This document shows positions 48,620 through 62,600 of a stretch of DNA of 64,000 nt, piece after piece. Position 1 is the first letter of the stretch, and the number at the start of each line of letters is the position of its first letter. The position numbers and the translations under genes are program-made. Below the pieces are notes generated by a model. The model saw only the letters and a program-made list of their open reading frames with translations. It had not been told where the DNA came from and did not search any database. Source of the DNA: Dimorphilus gyrociliatus (lineage: Eukaryota > Animalia > Annelida); contig CAJFCJ010000070.1 of NCBI GenBank assembly GCA_904063045.1, positions 133,502-197,501 on the forward strand. The letters run 5' to 3'.

Positions 48620-51025
48620 CTAGATTTTCAATATAGATTATTTAGTGTTGATGAGAGAATTTTGACAAAATCATAATTATACTGAATTTATTGGAAATTT
48701 GCAGATTTTTTATAAAAATGTCTGGTATCAACCAAGCATTCAATCATTTATATTTCAAAATATCATTCATTTATGTAAATCATTCACTTTTCAATATGGA
48801 ACAATCTACAATGTTTTAACTTTCACTAGTATGACAAACTTTTATTATGCAACAATGAAATGTTTAAAATCCAAAGGAAAACAAATGCCTTGTAGTTTTG
48901 AAATTAGTGAGGAGTATATAGTAAATTATCCAGCATCATTAGTAAAAGATGTAGGCTTAAATCATTATGGAGCATTGCTTATAAAATGTACTCATGAAAC
49001 TAATAATGAAAATGGTAATATTCATGTGTGCTACTGCGTGTCTGTAAAACTATTAAGTTTGTGAAATTACTGAATGTTTTAGAAGGCACTTAGTTGAACT
49101 GTTTAACATAAAAGGAATAGCCCATATTTCTACCAGCCGTGTTGAAGAAATTAGGAAAGAAGTAATCAAACAAAGGCTAAATGTGGTTCCTAGTATGGTA
49201 GTGTCAATGAAGAAAATTTTTGTATCCTTCAAGACAAATAGTTCAGGCTGCTAATCAACTTTTGAAGAACAAAATAGTTAGAAATTCTAGGCAATAATTG
49301 TTTCAAAGCTATTGAAAAGAGTTGAATGAGCACAAATCACAATTCAGGATATGCTGACTGGCAGAAAAATTTCATAAATTTCTAGTTTTACAGATTTTCA
49401 GTAGCATATATTGACATATAATTAATCTCAGTGGAAATTTTAAATAAATAGTTTGCAGGGATCAACAAGCATTTTTGTTCAACAGAGTTTGTTACATTCA
49501 CATAAGAGTTAAAAAAAATATCAATAAAACAGAGTGAAATGATTTGCAAAGAGAACAATAGTTCTCTTTTGTATTTACAATTTAAAAATGATTATTTTTT
49601 CAACATAATAAGAAAATTTTTGTCTCATTCAAGTGTCTTTCCTAATGGAATATCCAACTTACCAGGAAGTAGGATATCACTTTTTCTTTAATAGAATTTT
49701 TGGGTTGTTCTGTTTTGTTGTTCTTTAACAGAGATGAAAATTGTGAAGATAAAAGAAATAGATCAATAATTCTTCATCAAGACAATAAATCCAATGATTG
49801 AAAAGGGAGTATTTTCTCAGTTGACTTCCCTAGAGTCACTAGTATTGGAAAAGTCTGTTATAAATATGAAATATGGTAATTTTCTGGTGAAATATTTAAA
49901 TGTGTTGGAAAATCTTTCTAGTGAATATTTTCAGTTGTGTCGTTTTGCATGGAAATTTTTGAAATATGTTAAAAATTGTCAACCAAACAAATCACTATTT
50001 AATTCTTGCTCTGATTTATTAGAATCCATTTTAATAAGGGTCCTTTTATGGATAATTAATGTTACATCCTTTATTGAAAATTTCTTTTCAATAATATTTC
50101 AAGTCATTGTTTCCAATAAAAAATTAAATCCATTTCTTTTGAGTCTAGCTTTTGCAGATTTAAATATTTCAATCTATTTTATTTCAATAGGAATAGTTGA
50201 TTTAAAATTTAGAGGTAAATATGCTGAAAATGACTTCCAATGGAGGAATAGTTCTTTTTGTCCATTACTTGGAATTTTTGCTGGTTTTTCAATTCAATTA
50301 TCTGTGTTGAGTTTATTGTTTATCACAATTGAAAGATTTCAAGTAATCATATAACCTATGTGGAATATATTTAAACCTTACTATTTGCTGTGTATTGTGG
50401 ATTTTATCTGGATTTGGTCACTTTTATGTTCAATTGTTCCATTATTTATTTATAGAGTATAGAAAAAGTTTAAAAAATACAACTGCATTTAAAAAATTTT
50501 TTTTTTTTAAATTTTTAGAGTTACTACACAAAAACTTCAGTATGTTTTACTCTTCACATCTCTAGCAATAAAAATGAAGGATGGGTTTATTCTTTTATAG
50601 TTTTTGGCTGTTTTATTGGATTTGTATGTTTGTCAATAATAGCCCTATATTTTAGAATATGGAAAAGAACTTTAAAATCTAGAAATGTGTTGGAAAAATC
50701 TGTATTTAACACATTACGAAAAAAAATTAAACTTCGATCGTTTTTAGTTGTAACAAATATTTTGTGTTGGTTGCCAATTTCAATTTTAGGTCATTATTTT
50801 TTCAAATTTTCCATTTCTAAAATTATTTTCTATGGTCTTTTTTTCTCTATAGGAATATATTCAGTTTTTTTCAAATTAATTATATCTAATCAAGTATACA
50901 CTACACTTGTTGTTGTTATGTTACCAATAAATTCAACTATAAACCCTTTGTTATATAACTTGAGTGATGTCATTAAGTATATTAAAAGTTTGTCTTGTAG
51001 AGCAAAAGAGGCAGGGTTGGTTTGA
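48620..51025 (+). pseudogene. GRL101/LGR-type receptor remnant 5 (late LRR, complete 7TM with one nonsense codon)
   Basis: FQLCRFAW...CSDLLES...LAFADL...WRNSSFCPLLG...TIERFQVII then TAA (50352-50354). PMW...LFIYR continues in frame, followed by two spliced exons VCFTLH...TNILCWLP...NPLLY. Most LDLa/LRR repeats are deleted upstream. Confidence 0.88.
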
Positions 51026-52341
51026 AAGAGAGAGGAAGAAAGAGTATTTTTTTTATAAACTTATTCCTTATTTTTACAGGCATAAATTAGAAGGAGAAAA
51101 TATGACAAAATGTACGTGTTTTTTTCTTTTTTCACTCTCTCTCTCAGTAATACTGAATTATAACAGATCTGAAATTTTCACACCAAATGAAATTATTGGA
51201 TCTCAAAGATAATCTTGATGTAAAAGATATTTTTTCATATGGAGAAACTTCAAAGGAAATGATTGAAAAATTATCCCAGTCGAAAAAATCAGTAGTGCAA
51301 ATAGTCTTTTAAAATAAATAACCTTTATTTGCAATGAAAAGTGTATTTTTTTTAATTTTTCCAATTAAGTTTGTAACACAGATTTTGGCATATGATTTAG
51401 CACCAAAGAATGAATGAAAAGACACCTGCAAAAGGTTCATTCTATCTGCTCATAGGAAATCAACTCTTATCGCAAAAGTAGAGAAACTTCTATCAGGAAA
51501 TAGGATAAAGATGAAGAGTGTGATTCAGATGCAGAATCAAGTGTTTGCTTATTATAATTGTATTATAAGATATAAACCCTATGCAATTAACAGTTGATAG
51601 TTTCAGTTCTCTAACCTTCATTATTAATGACAGGAGACCAAGCTCTTATATCAGGCACAATAAATTACACAACAATTAGTTTGGAATAAGATTATGCCTT
51701 ACTCTACCATTTCTTCCCACAGATCAAATCAAACAACAATTTGAAATTGAAAAAAATAAAATGGATTGATAATTTGGCCTCTGTCATCATCAAGTTTTCC
51801 CAAAAGAGGGACAAATTAAAACTTTCTTCTTTTTATAATTGAAGTGTTTACTTTTTACACATTTCCATTTTTTTTCCAATTTACACAAACGAGGATCTGG
51901 AGGGCTAAAACTGGAAATTTAAGTCTAATAGTTCAGTACCATCTACCCCACTGACAACATCTACTCTAATATAACATAAGTATCATTTTTATGATCAAAC
52001 AAATAGAACCTTCCAAGTTCATCCACAAATAGTCTGAATATATGTAATTTCACTAGAATGTGTAATATGGTCATTTTTTATACTCCTATACACTTTAAAA
52101 CAGAATAAAATCTGTCAGAAAAAAAGGCTGTAGAAGATTCAGATGCAGAATCAAACATTACTGTTTAAGATTAATATAGAATTACAATGATTATATCTGC
52201 TGTCCTCTTGCATAAGATTGCATTAATTTATTTATTGTAACTTTTAGTGCCTCAACATACTTTGTTTTCAAGTAACTTTGAAACTTTCTATAACATTATT
52301 AGCTTCAACATTTTTGGATTGGAAAAAAATTTTAACTAAAA

Positions 52342-52600
52342 ATGAAATTAATAAATTGTGTGAAACTGAAACTTTCTCTTCTGCAAAACATTTGGCTTAG
52401 GAAGTATTCAAACATCGCCTTGATTTTGAAAAAGTTATTCCATCAATGGATAACTGTTGCCAAGGTTAGCAAATTGGATAAAAGCAGATTTCAGCCAAAA
52501 GAGCTCAAAGATATTTATTCAGATTTTGAAATAACATTTATGCCAGATGAGTTTTTGGTAAAAGATATTAATATGAAAGATGACAGAATAACCAACTCCA
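52342..52600 (+). mobile_element. MULE transposase fragment
   Basis: RFQPKELKDIYSDFEITFMPDEFLVKDINMKDDRI aligns with RPSVPNDKNFELNMTFIPPEFLKKDINMNNERI. A second fragment LPFLPTDQIKQQF lies at about 51700. Confidence 0.7.
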
Positions 52601-53000
52601 AAACAAATAAAAAAATTTTTTATCTAACAATAAAAGAGGCAAAAAATTATTCAAAAATAATACCACTAAACCAAAAACTAATCTATAGAAAATTTAGGCC
52701 TAATACTCTCTCACTAGCATTGCCAACAGGCTATCTTAATAAGATGTAATCTATGTAATAAGCATGGAGGCAACAGAAAGCATTCACAAATCATTGCTTT
52801 TACCCTAACCCAAATACAGAAAAAGGGACACAGAATTGAGTCTAGGTCTTCCTGTCTTACATATTATGAAAAATACTAAATACTTACTTAAACATCAACA
52901 TGTTTATGATGGAAAAATAAAGATGAGATATTTGTAATTGCTAAAAAACTCATGTGAAAGATAGATAATTTTTCTTATCAAGTTTATATATGTTTAAAAG

Positions 53001-55027
53001 GGGTACAGGAGAAAACGTCCACTGGAGAAAACGTCCACTGTTTGGAAAAAACGTCCACTGCTTGGAGAAAACGTCCACTGGAGAAAACGTCCACTATAAA
53101 ACTTCAAAGTAAGATATAAGATATTTGATAGATGGGGTTTTTAGAGCAATTTGACAGAAAAAAATGAATAATAAGAATTACAAATATTTAAATATTAATA
53201 TATTGATTAAGTAAAAACAAGCATTATAACAAGAATGATTGACAACAGTGTAACAACATTAAAGAATAAAGGTATTTTAAACTGGTGAATAAATGTCAGA
53301 AGCTTTATCAAGTAAGTCCAGGGAGGTAATTGAGGCAATTTCAAATTGTTCCCATAAGCTGAATATTTTGCTCTGAATATTCTGATATGCTTTTCTTTGC
53401 TGTCTACAAATTTTCTTTTCACTCAGTAATTTTTTATATAGCTTTATCAGATCAGCTTCTCTTTTCAGTTCATCTAAAAGCAAATAGAATGCAGTGTTAG
53501 AGCAAAGATTCTTGTTAAGCCTGTGATGCCATCCTTCAAGATCATTATTTGTCCTTATAGCCTCACCATAAACAGACCATACCTCTGGTTTATAAAATCC
53601 ATTTATCCATTGTGTCTCAATGTACTCCAATAGAGACTTCATTTCAATAGGACTTATTTCTTTAATAGTCCAGTTCAGCTGGTCTAAACTTCTTTCTTGT
53701 CCAGTTTGCCAGTCTTGTACAATTATCTAGAGATGGAATAACTTCACCAGAACTACAATGTTTCACCAGAACATCTTCAGCTAAACGTTTTCCTGAACTA
53801 CTGATATCTTTATTACAAGCATTTTTTAGTTCATTCCTAATCATTATTTTTTGTTCCAAATCAGGTACTCTTTCATGAGAATGGGATAACTTTCCAGGCT
53901 AAAAACTGTTCCCATGCTGACTAACTGTTGCTGAACATTTGTTTCTTTTGTTCCTAACACTGCATATCCAGAATGTTGTCTTGTTTCTTTTTTCTTTAAT
54001 ATTGTAGCAGAAATTGTTGAAAAGTAGCAAATCTTTTCCTTTCTGGCTCATTCCCTTTAAGATTTTAAATGAATAACTTTCTTTCTCACAATCTGATTTT
54101 GGAGAAACTATAAATGAAACTTCCATCATATTATTTTGCTGAGCTGGAAGATCTTCAACTAAAACATTGTGTGATTCCATAATACTGCCATTTGTATCAT
54201 TTCCACTTGAATTTCCACAATGATTTTCACAAACAATAGTTTGCTCATTTCTATTATTTTCTGTATCAAAATTTGGTGTTTGTCTTATTTCTTCATTAGC
54301 AGATGCACTAGAAGGTAGCCTTTGAAGTGCAACAATGCATTTCTTCATTGATATGTCACAGCAAATGTTACAATAAAATGATTGATCTGTGAAAAAATAT
54401 AAAAACATATTTGTAAGGAAGGATAGTGACAAAAAACTTAAACAAACCTTTATAATCCAAACATTTTTTATGTATTTTAAATAAATGACAGCAAAGCTGA
54501 CATTTCTCTTGATTTTGTCTTCCATATATTCTCTCTTCACAAATGTAACAAATTGGTGCCATGTTCAATTTGGAATCTCTATCAATAACCAACTGTATAA
54601 ATTTAAAAATTAAACAATTAACAATAATGATAAACAAAATGGCTGCTATAAAAATAAAGCTAATTTATAAATAAATCATTTCAACACAATATTCTATAAC
54701 TTACTGATATCAATTCTAAAGTTTGTGTTTTTTCTGATGGTTTTCAATAGTGAAATATATTTCAAACTGCAAAAAATTCTGAAAAATTGTAGATGAAATA
54801 TGCACAATATTCACTTTCCATGAAAAACATAGAAGATCCCAGAACTGTTTCCTGTCTGGATTTCAAAATGGCTACCAAAAGTGATTGCATTATGGGAATG
54901 TATTGGATATATCTCAAAATCAATAATAAAAATTTAAATTTGAAAAAGTATTTTTTAATATATTCTTCACATAGTGGACATTTTCTCCAGTGGACGTTTT
55001 CTCCAGTGGACGTTTTCTCCATAATTC
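53001..55027 (-). mobile_element. MULE deletion derivative (2027 bp): PHD-FLYWCH kept, DD core deleted
   Basis: Ends GGGTACAGGAGAAAACGTCC and (reverse complement) GAATTATGGAGAAAACGTCC. TSD GTTTAAAAG (52992-53000, 55028-55036). MAPICYIC...CQLC...HKKC|DQSFYCNIC, TAG at 53899-53901, and a junction near 53660 that joins RPAELDY directly to the WSV/RTNNDLEGWH block. Confidence 0.93.
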
Positions 55028-55529
55028 GTTTAAAAGTGTTAGAAGGTAAAATATTATTTGAAAACAAGTATGAACTATTAATTTGATGTTTCAAGATTAA
55101 AAAAATAGTCTTCCATGTATTTGTTACATGTGAAATAAAAATTCATCAGATTTTATCTTTTTAAACTTTTGACCATTTGAAGCTTTGGTAAATGTATAAA
55201 AATGGCAGCATTCCCAGAGCTTCTCAGTCTGTAATTTAATATATATGATAGAATAGAAATGACAAATGAATGTGTACAATATGCCGATGTATTTTGAAAT
55301 CATATTGTTTTTGTTTGTCAATACCAAAGCCTTAGCAGCTCTAGAGGTGACAATATTGTACATTCAGCAATAGCGAAAAAGGGAGAAGCAGGAAGTATTA
55401 CACCCTGTAATCAAAACAAAAATATAGTCAAACTTAAGTCTAAACATTCATTGTGTATTCAGAATTTTCACAAAACAAACAAAGATATTAGTTGTATATC
55501 ATGTGATACAATAATGGATGCTAAACTTT

Positions 55530-56650
55530 TTAAATACAAATATTTATGAGTTTATTAGTTGATTGTAAATGAATTTCACAAAATTTTAACTTACAAGTAT
55601 AATTAATTATTGTTACAGTTTCAAAATTTTTGCCAATGCAAGAAAATTTACAACTGTTTTGTAGTGTTTCTTTAATGACACACAACTTTTTCCTGTTATT
55701 TGATTGGTCAATATTAAACATAATATTTATACAATTTTTATTATTTCCATCTGTGGAAATGGTCACATCTATTTGAGTATATTCATGAAATGCTGAGTGT
55801 GCTGTAAAAATGACTTTTGCAAATAATGGCATAAAATTTGTACTTGGTAAGCATTGAGTATTTGTATTACCAAGAAATTAATGATAATCATTAATTGTTG
55901 AATTTGAAAAACACACACCAAATAGTGATATATCAAACATAGCTGAAAAAAACAAAGAGAAATGGGGATGGTATTAAAAAATTTAGCATTCATTTTTTTA
56001 ATCACCTATCTAAACATAATGGTTTTTGAAGGGTATAACTTCCAGATATGCTTTCCAATGCTCCCTCAGTTCATATACTTTTAAGTAGGTCACAAGAATA
56101 ATTTCCATTTACTGCTACATTTATTGAACAACACTCTTCAACTTTTAGACATTCATTTTTACACATTTCCTCATTTTGAACAGCTACATTTTTAAATAAG
56201 CAGGGATCACAGTTGTAAATAACGTCACCTGTACTCTTTTGCCAGATTTTACAATCTATAAAAAGAAATAAAATGATTGGAAAGAAATCAACATAAAGGT
56301 CAAATGTCAGATGGAAAATTATCCCTTACCTCCATTAATTACTTTAGAATAATATAAAACATGTTGAGCACTAATAAGATTTGTTCCATGAGAACCTTAC
56401 CTTTTTAGATAGCATTCATCACTTGAACTATTATACTCAAAGCTTGATACACTATTGTCATCATTACATTCATCAAGACAATTTTCAAATCCTTTTCCAT
56501 TGTCATACACTCTTCTTCTATTATTTTGTAATTTCTTATTAAAGTGTTTTGTATAAGATGAGCATACTGTAAAAGAATAGAAAATATGAGATAAGAAAGA
56601 GAACTCATTAATATTGAAGAAATGATTACAAGATTTTTCAATATATCCAT
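55530..56650 (-). pseudogene. Cys-rich secreted/PAN-apple-like gene remnant
   Basis: Exon DCKIW...CKNECLKVEECCSINV...YSCDLL has PAN-type Cys spacing and an in-frame TGA at 56071-56073. The next exon has an in-frame TAA. Confidence 0.5.
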
Positions 56651-57136
56651 TATTTGATAATGAAAAGATTTGATGAAATAAGAGTTAAAAACAAGTAAAG
56701 GAGAAGTTGTTTAACATTGTTCCAATTTATGTGCTCTTTTTATAGAACAATTTTTAATTTATATAATCTTAATTCTGAAAGTAAATACAATTCATAATCG
56801 TTTACTTTACATTTTACATTGAAAGCATAAACTTTTACTGTAATTAGAAATTTTTGAATATATGTTTGCAAAGAAGAAACTCAATTGATAAATTCAACAG
56901 AAATGACTTAAAAAGAAAATTACTCAGGAGCTTCACTTTCAATGAATATTCTATAGATTATATATTGTCACAGTAATAATAGCAAACATTTTGAATGAAT
57001 TGATGATTTAAAAAATTGATAGAAAATGCATTAGAAGGTTAATTTTATAGAAAATATATTGCTCTATATATTGACTTTTCACTAATTGTATTTATTCAAG
57101 AACAATGGTATCTTTGCATGAAAGATAAGAAAATTG

Positions 57137-57720
57137 GGTGCAGGAGAAAATGTCCATAGTAAAGGAGAATTTTTCTTTTTAAATCATTGGAGATTAAGAT
57201 TTGAAAAGTAAATTTTAGAGATTTAGTATGTAATTATTATTCATGAAGTATGATGTGCTGAAAACAAAAACAACTAACTACAAAACATACTATAGTAAAA
57301 TTATAAAAAAATAACATTTTTGTAACAGATAACAAGCTAAATAAATGAGCAATGATGTATATAAATCCTGGCTGCCTCTTTTGATAAATCTGAAGCAGAT
57401 ATTGATCTGACTTTGAATTTTCTGATGAGGTTTTCTCAGTTGTCTACATATCTTTTTCTCACTTGACAATTTTTTATACAATGTGATCGATGATCACACA
57501 CAATGGAGATTTTGCATGGATATTCCTATTTAATCTATTGGGCCATTCTTCTTGGGCCAAAAATCTACTCTGCTATTGAACTTTCATATTGTAACTTGCT
57601 TAAGTATTTTTTTCAAATAAACCATTTAAATTGAAACACTTTCTTTAAAGGTTCTAGTAGAACAAGTACTATAATAAATTTCAAACACATAAATGGGCTG
57701 GGCAAGATAGTTCATGACAC
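57137..57720. repeat. MULE end and C-terminal fragment plus LTR-C 3-prime part
   Basis: GGGTGCAGGAGAAAATGTCC end, KLSSEKKICRQLRKPHQKIQSQ (minus strand) and TACTTGCTTAAG...AATAAACCATTT...GGTTCTAGTAGAAC. Confidence 0.7.
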
Positions 57721-59642
57721 ACCTACAGATTTACTCTGAAAATACAGAATTAAAGGTTGTCAACAGCCAACAGCAAGTTGAAAAATCTCAATATTTTCAG
57801 TCATCAGCTGACTATTGAAAGTACAAGACAGGAAACTTTTTGCAGAATGGGGAGAGTTTAAATGGTATTAAGCCTAAAATACATGAAGCCTTTTAAATAT
57901 CAGTCTGGTAGCAACTCATTGAAAAAAGTGAAAACTATCTCTAAAATATTGTAAGGTTTAAATTAGTTAAAAGTAGACTAGTGCAGAAAAGATTCCTTCA
58001 CTCTTGTTGAGAATTATTACACATGTTAGTTTGTGACACAGGGATAGCTTAGGCCAAGAACTGCTACTCTAGATAGTAGTTATTAATAGGCACACTAACC
58101 TTAGCCCTAACAAAGTTCATATAGTGAGAGAAATAACCAGATTGTCAGTAACAACAAAATTGATAAAATCTCTAATTCTAATTGTACTTTCCTGCTGAGG
58201 TTGTAGGTAAGTACTGGTCCAAATAGAACCGAAGCAGGAGTAAGCCTCTTAGAAGAGAGATGTAGAATTGAGGGAGGATGAATATAGAACCAAAATGTAA
58301 GAATAATATAACTGTATTCTAAAGTAATACTAGACCTGTTCACTAAGGGAGTTGATTCAGGACTGAATGCCTGTTACTGCCTACGCCCTGCTTTTATACA
58401 ATTCCTTATCAGTTGTTTATACCTTGGCTGTCAACAACAAGGGTCTAACCCCAGATAAGGATTGTTCACAACAAACAGGGTCAAGGGTTATCATATTATG
58501 CAATAGTGATGTAAACAACAACAACTGTGTGTAGGTTACCCCTCAAGGGTCAATTCTTACATCATATTTATGTAAATAAACACTTGTTGTTGTTGTCAAC
58601 ATGTTTGTTATGTAATATCTTATCCTTTGCTTATAAAAGGGGTTGATTCTGGCAGTTGGGTACCATCTACCCTAGAGGCAACATCTACTTCAACACTTCT
58701 ACCATATAGTAAGTATCATTTATAAAATATCTATAAACTATAGTTCATAAGTGTACACTAATCAGTTTATTTTACTACAAAAACTTTTATTACAAAACAA
58801 ATTAAGTTAAAGATTTTTTTTGTTTTTTTCATGAGCTTTTTTCTGCAGCATACTTCTTAGAAACATTCCATAATCAAAAATATTTCTTTGATGACTTTCA
58901 CTAGAAAAATCAATAACCTTCTTTATATCCATATAATACTTATTACTTTTTCTCTAAAATGCATTGATTTTTTGAAAATAAATGAAAAATATTCATTTTT
59001 TTAATAGATCAATAAATACATTAACCAAAATATTCTCAATTTGTATCTTTCCTTTAAAGCATAATGATTTACTGAATAGAAAATTCAGTGATTTAATAAC
59101 TGTTGTAGAAAGTTTAAATAATTCAAATGTCTGAAAGATTCTATGCATATAACATTCATCAACTCTTCTAATAACATTAAATGGTATTGGATATGAAATA
59201 TGAGTAGCTACAACAGAATTGAAAGAAGAAATAGCTATATGTAAAAAAGAAAAAAGTCATTAATACATATTTATGTTACAGTTTTTATTCCAAGCTTTTC
59301 CCAACAGAATACACAAAAGGGTTAAGTCTAAGCATCTCTGAGTCTATGTGTTTGTGTATCCAAACTGAATACAGTTCAGCAAAAGATTCCTACTTAATTA
59401 ACTTATATTTAATGGGTTTCAATTAAATTTACAAATGCAAGTAAAAATGTATGCATGTATCCATCTTCACAACATCAATGTGCTCACACCATTACCCAAA
59501 ATAATGATGGTACTTAAATACCCAACTTCACAAATACAATATTAAACTATTATTTTCTAAGAATATTGAAAAAAAATTATACCTTCTCCTTGCATTTTCA
59601 AAAATTGCATTTTAATAAATAATTTACTGGAAACAGAAAAAA

Positions 59643-62600
59643 TTAGCCAACAGGAAATGCATTACTTTCATTGTTCACCAACCTCTGATTTTCAGCTCTT
59701 TCTCTTTTAACTTTTTTATATTTAGAGTACGAATTAGAAAGAAAAACAACTGCATTAACAACAGAATTCACAGGCAGAAATATAATGAGAATTAAATAAT
59801 AAATGTTACTATTTATATCAAATTTTGTGGATATTCCTAAAATAGCAAGAAGAGATGATGGCATCCAACAAATTAAATTTGTAAACATAATTATAGAAGC
59901 ACTTTTTGATAATTTGGTGTTTTTTCTCTCATTATTTAAAAACTTTGTAAATTTCTTTCTTGATTTTCTAACAGTTAACATAATAAAAAAGTAACACCAT
60001 AATATTATCATGTTATACACAAAAAGCAGTACACCAAAAAAGAAAAATGAAAAAAACCATTGATTTGATGAATCTCTTTTAATATAAATATTGAAACAAA
60101 TTGGTGTTTTTGAAAAGAAATTCTGAAAAAAGATTCCATTAGTAGTGTCATTTGAAAGAGATTCCTTTTACTGGATAAAAAATAGCTGGTGAATATCCCA
60201 ATACAAATGACACAATAAAATTTATTAATATAATCCAAAATTTCCTTTTCACCAAAATGATTGACTCTTTTATGATACTATTTAATACCAAAACTCTCTC
60301 AAGTGTCAATAAAACAAGACTACTTGATGACAATATAATTGCAAAAGTCATTAGACTTCCTAAATATTTACAAATCAAGCCGTATCTCCAGTTGATGTCA
60401 TCATCAAGGTAATTGTCTCCATAGTAGCCATCAGTTATTGCAATGGTGAGAATATAGAGACAAATGAAAAAGTCTCCAACAATCAGTGTTGATTGGTAGG
60501 CCAACTTTTGTCTTTCATAGATATGCAAAACAGTTATTGCCAAGAAATTTCCCAAGAATCCGCCAATGCCATAAATCCAAAAGAGAAATTTCAAAAGTTT
60601 TGTTCCCAAAAGATTGGAACATGTTTGAAAGCGTAAAGGCCGTGGCAGACAGGATATATTTTTCTTAACATAAGCCCAAGCCAAACAGCATAGATTGAAA
60701 CTGATGCTAAAGACTTTTTCAATATGTTGCAATTTATGTACAATAAATTTTCCCTGATCAAGTGGAAAGTCTGTTGAATTCATATGCAACTCTTTCAATT
60801 CTGTCAAGTGTACAAAGAAGTTTCTTTCAATATCTTGTAATTTATTTCCTGACACTTTAAAAATCTGTAGATTTTTCAATTGAATTGAATTGTTTGAATG
60901 CAAATGAGTAATTTTTGTGTGAGAAATGTCTAGAAATCTCAGCAAATTATTGTTGAATTTTGTTAAAAAGTGAATGTGTCTTATTGGATTATAGGAAATA
61001 TCAATGTACTGAATTAACTTTGATGAAGTCTTGTCACTCAGAGTAGTCCAACTCAAAAGGCTTGTATTCTTCAGAATGATAATTACAATGTTAGGGAAGT
61101 AATTGATTTTAAAAAACCTCTGTTTTGTATTCTGAATGTTGATTAATGTCAGAGAAAATAGTTGTTTTTTCAAATTAATGTGAAAATCTCCAAAAATGAT
61201 TAACGATTTGATTTGTTCATCTAAAATTGTCAGTTCACATATTTCATTTGATTGTTGTTTGTTTTCGCAAACAAGACTGTATGTCATGTTGTTATTACAT
61301 AGTTCATTGTAAACCTTTGGTTGCAAACATAACAGCTCATCACTGCCATGTAAACAATCTATGATGCCATTGCAAACTTTTTCCATTAAAATATAATGCT
61401 TTTCATTTTTACATTTAAAAAATCCTTTGGGTTTGAATTCATCTGTTTTTCATATATTTTGTGTAGTCAAACTTGTCCTTAAGTGAAAACTGTTTGTTGA
61501 TTGCTTACCACAATAAATTTCATCATCACCATGGAAACAATGATTGATTCCATCACAAAATTGTTGAATTGATATGCAAAACCTTTCCAAATAACACAGA
61601 TATTCACCCTCATTACAAAATGATAAATTACACATGAATAGATTATGAAATGGAAAATGTGGCCTTGTTCTTAAATTACCCCAAGAGTCATATTGTACTC
61701 TACATTTATTTTCATCAGTGAAAAGAGAGCATGTTAAAGTCCTGTTGAATTTTTTACAATAACTTTCATCTTCATCTTTTTCATTATGACAATCTTTTCT
61801 GTAGTCACAGAGAAAATCGTTTGAAATAATATTTTTGGTGCATGATTCACTTTGTACTGTGAGGAGTTTAATTTCAATGATTGATTAAAATTTGGTGATA
61901 AGACATTTGTAATTTATACTCTGATAATTATGATTTTCCTTTGAGAATTCCAGATTTTCATCACTTTTATCAAAGCAATTTCTCTCATTATTACTCAAAA
62001 TTGTATCATTTATGCATTGACCATTTAAACAAGCACTATTAAAGAGTTTTTTTTAAGTTTTTTGATTTTTAATGAGTATTATTATTTTAGAGAATTTGTC
62101 AAGTGATGATTTACCCTTACCCCAACCCAGACAAGACTTTTATGTTAAAATTTCAAAAAATGCACATTTTTTGTTAGCTAAAAGAAAGGCTAAAAGAAAA
62201 TGAATGGCATTTTCTTGACAGCAACTAACTTGTTTTAAAGTTTCATCCAAAACAAAATCTCAGAAGTATCAAAGTATTACCTTGTGTTATCTTCACATGT
62301 TTTCCTATCTGTGAAATTATTTTTTTTAATAAAGCAAACAAATATTCATAGGAAGTAGTATTGAACATACTACAAAAATCCTCATCTGAACCATCAGGGC
62401 AGTTTTTGACAAAGTCACACACCAATTGGTGACTAATTTTAACTGCAGAATTAATGCAATAAAAATTTAGCTTAATATTCTTTTTATCACAGTTCAATTC
62501 ATCTTCTTTCAATGGACAATCATAATCTCCATCACATAAATATGCATTTGATATGCACATCCCAACTGAACTACACAAAAACAAATTTTGAGAGCATAGG

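Noticed and set aside
13733-56073. Stop-codon reassignment, readthrough or selenocysteine to explain in-frame stops
   Set aside because: Stops are a mix of TAA, TAG and TGA and come with frameshifts and deletions. Intact genes end with standard stops and no SECIS is evident.
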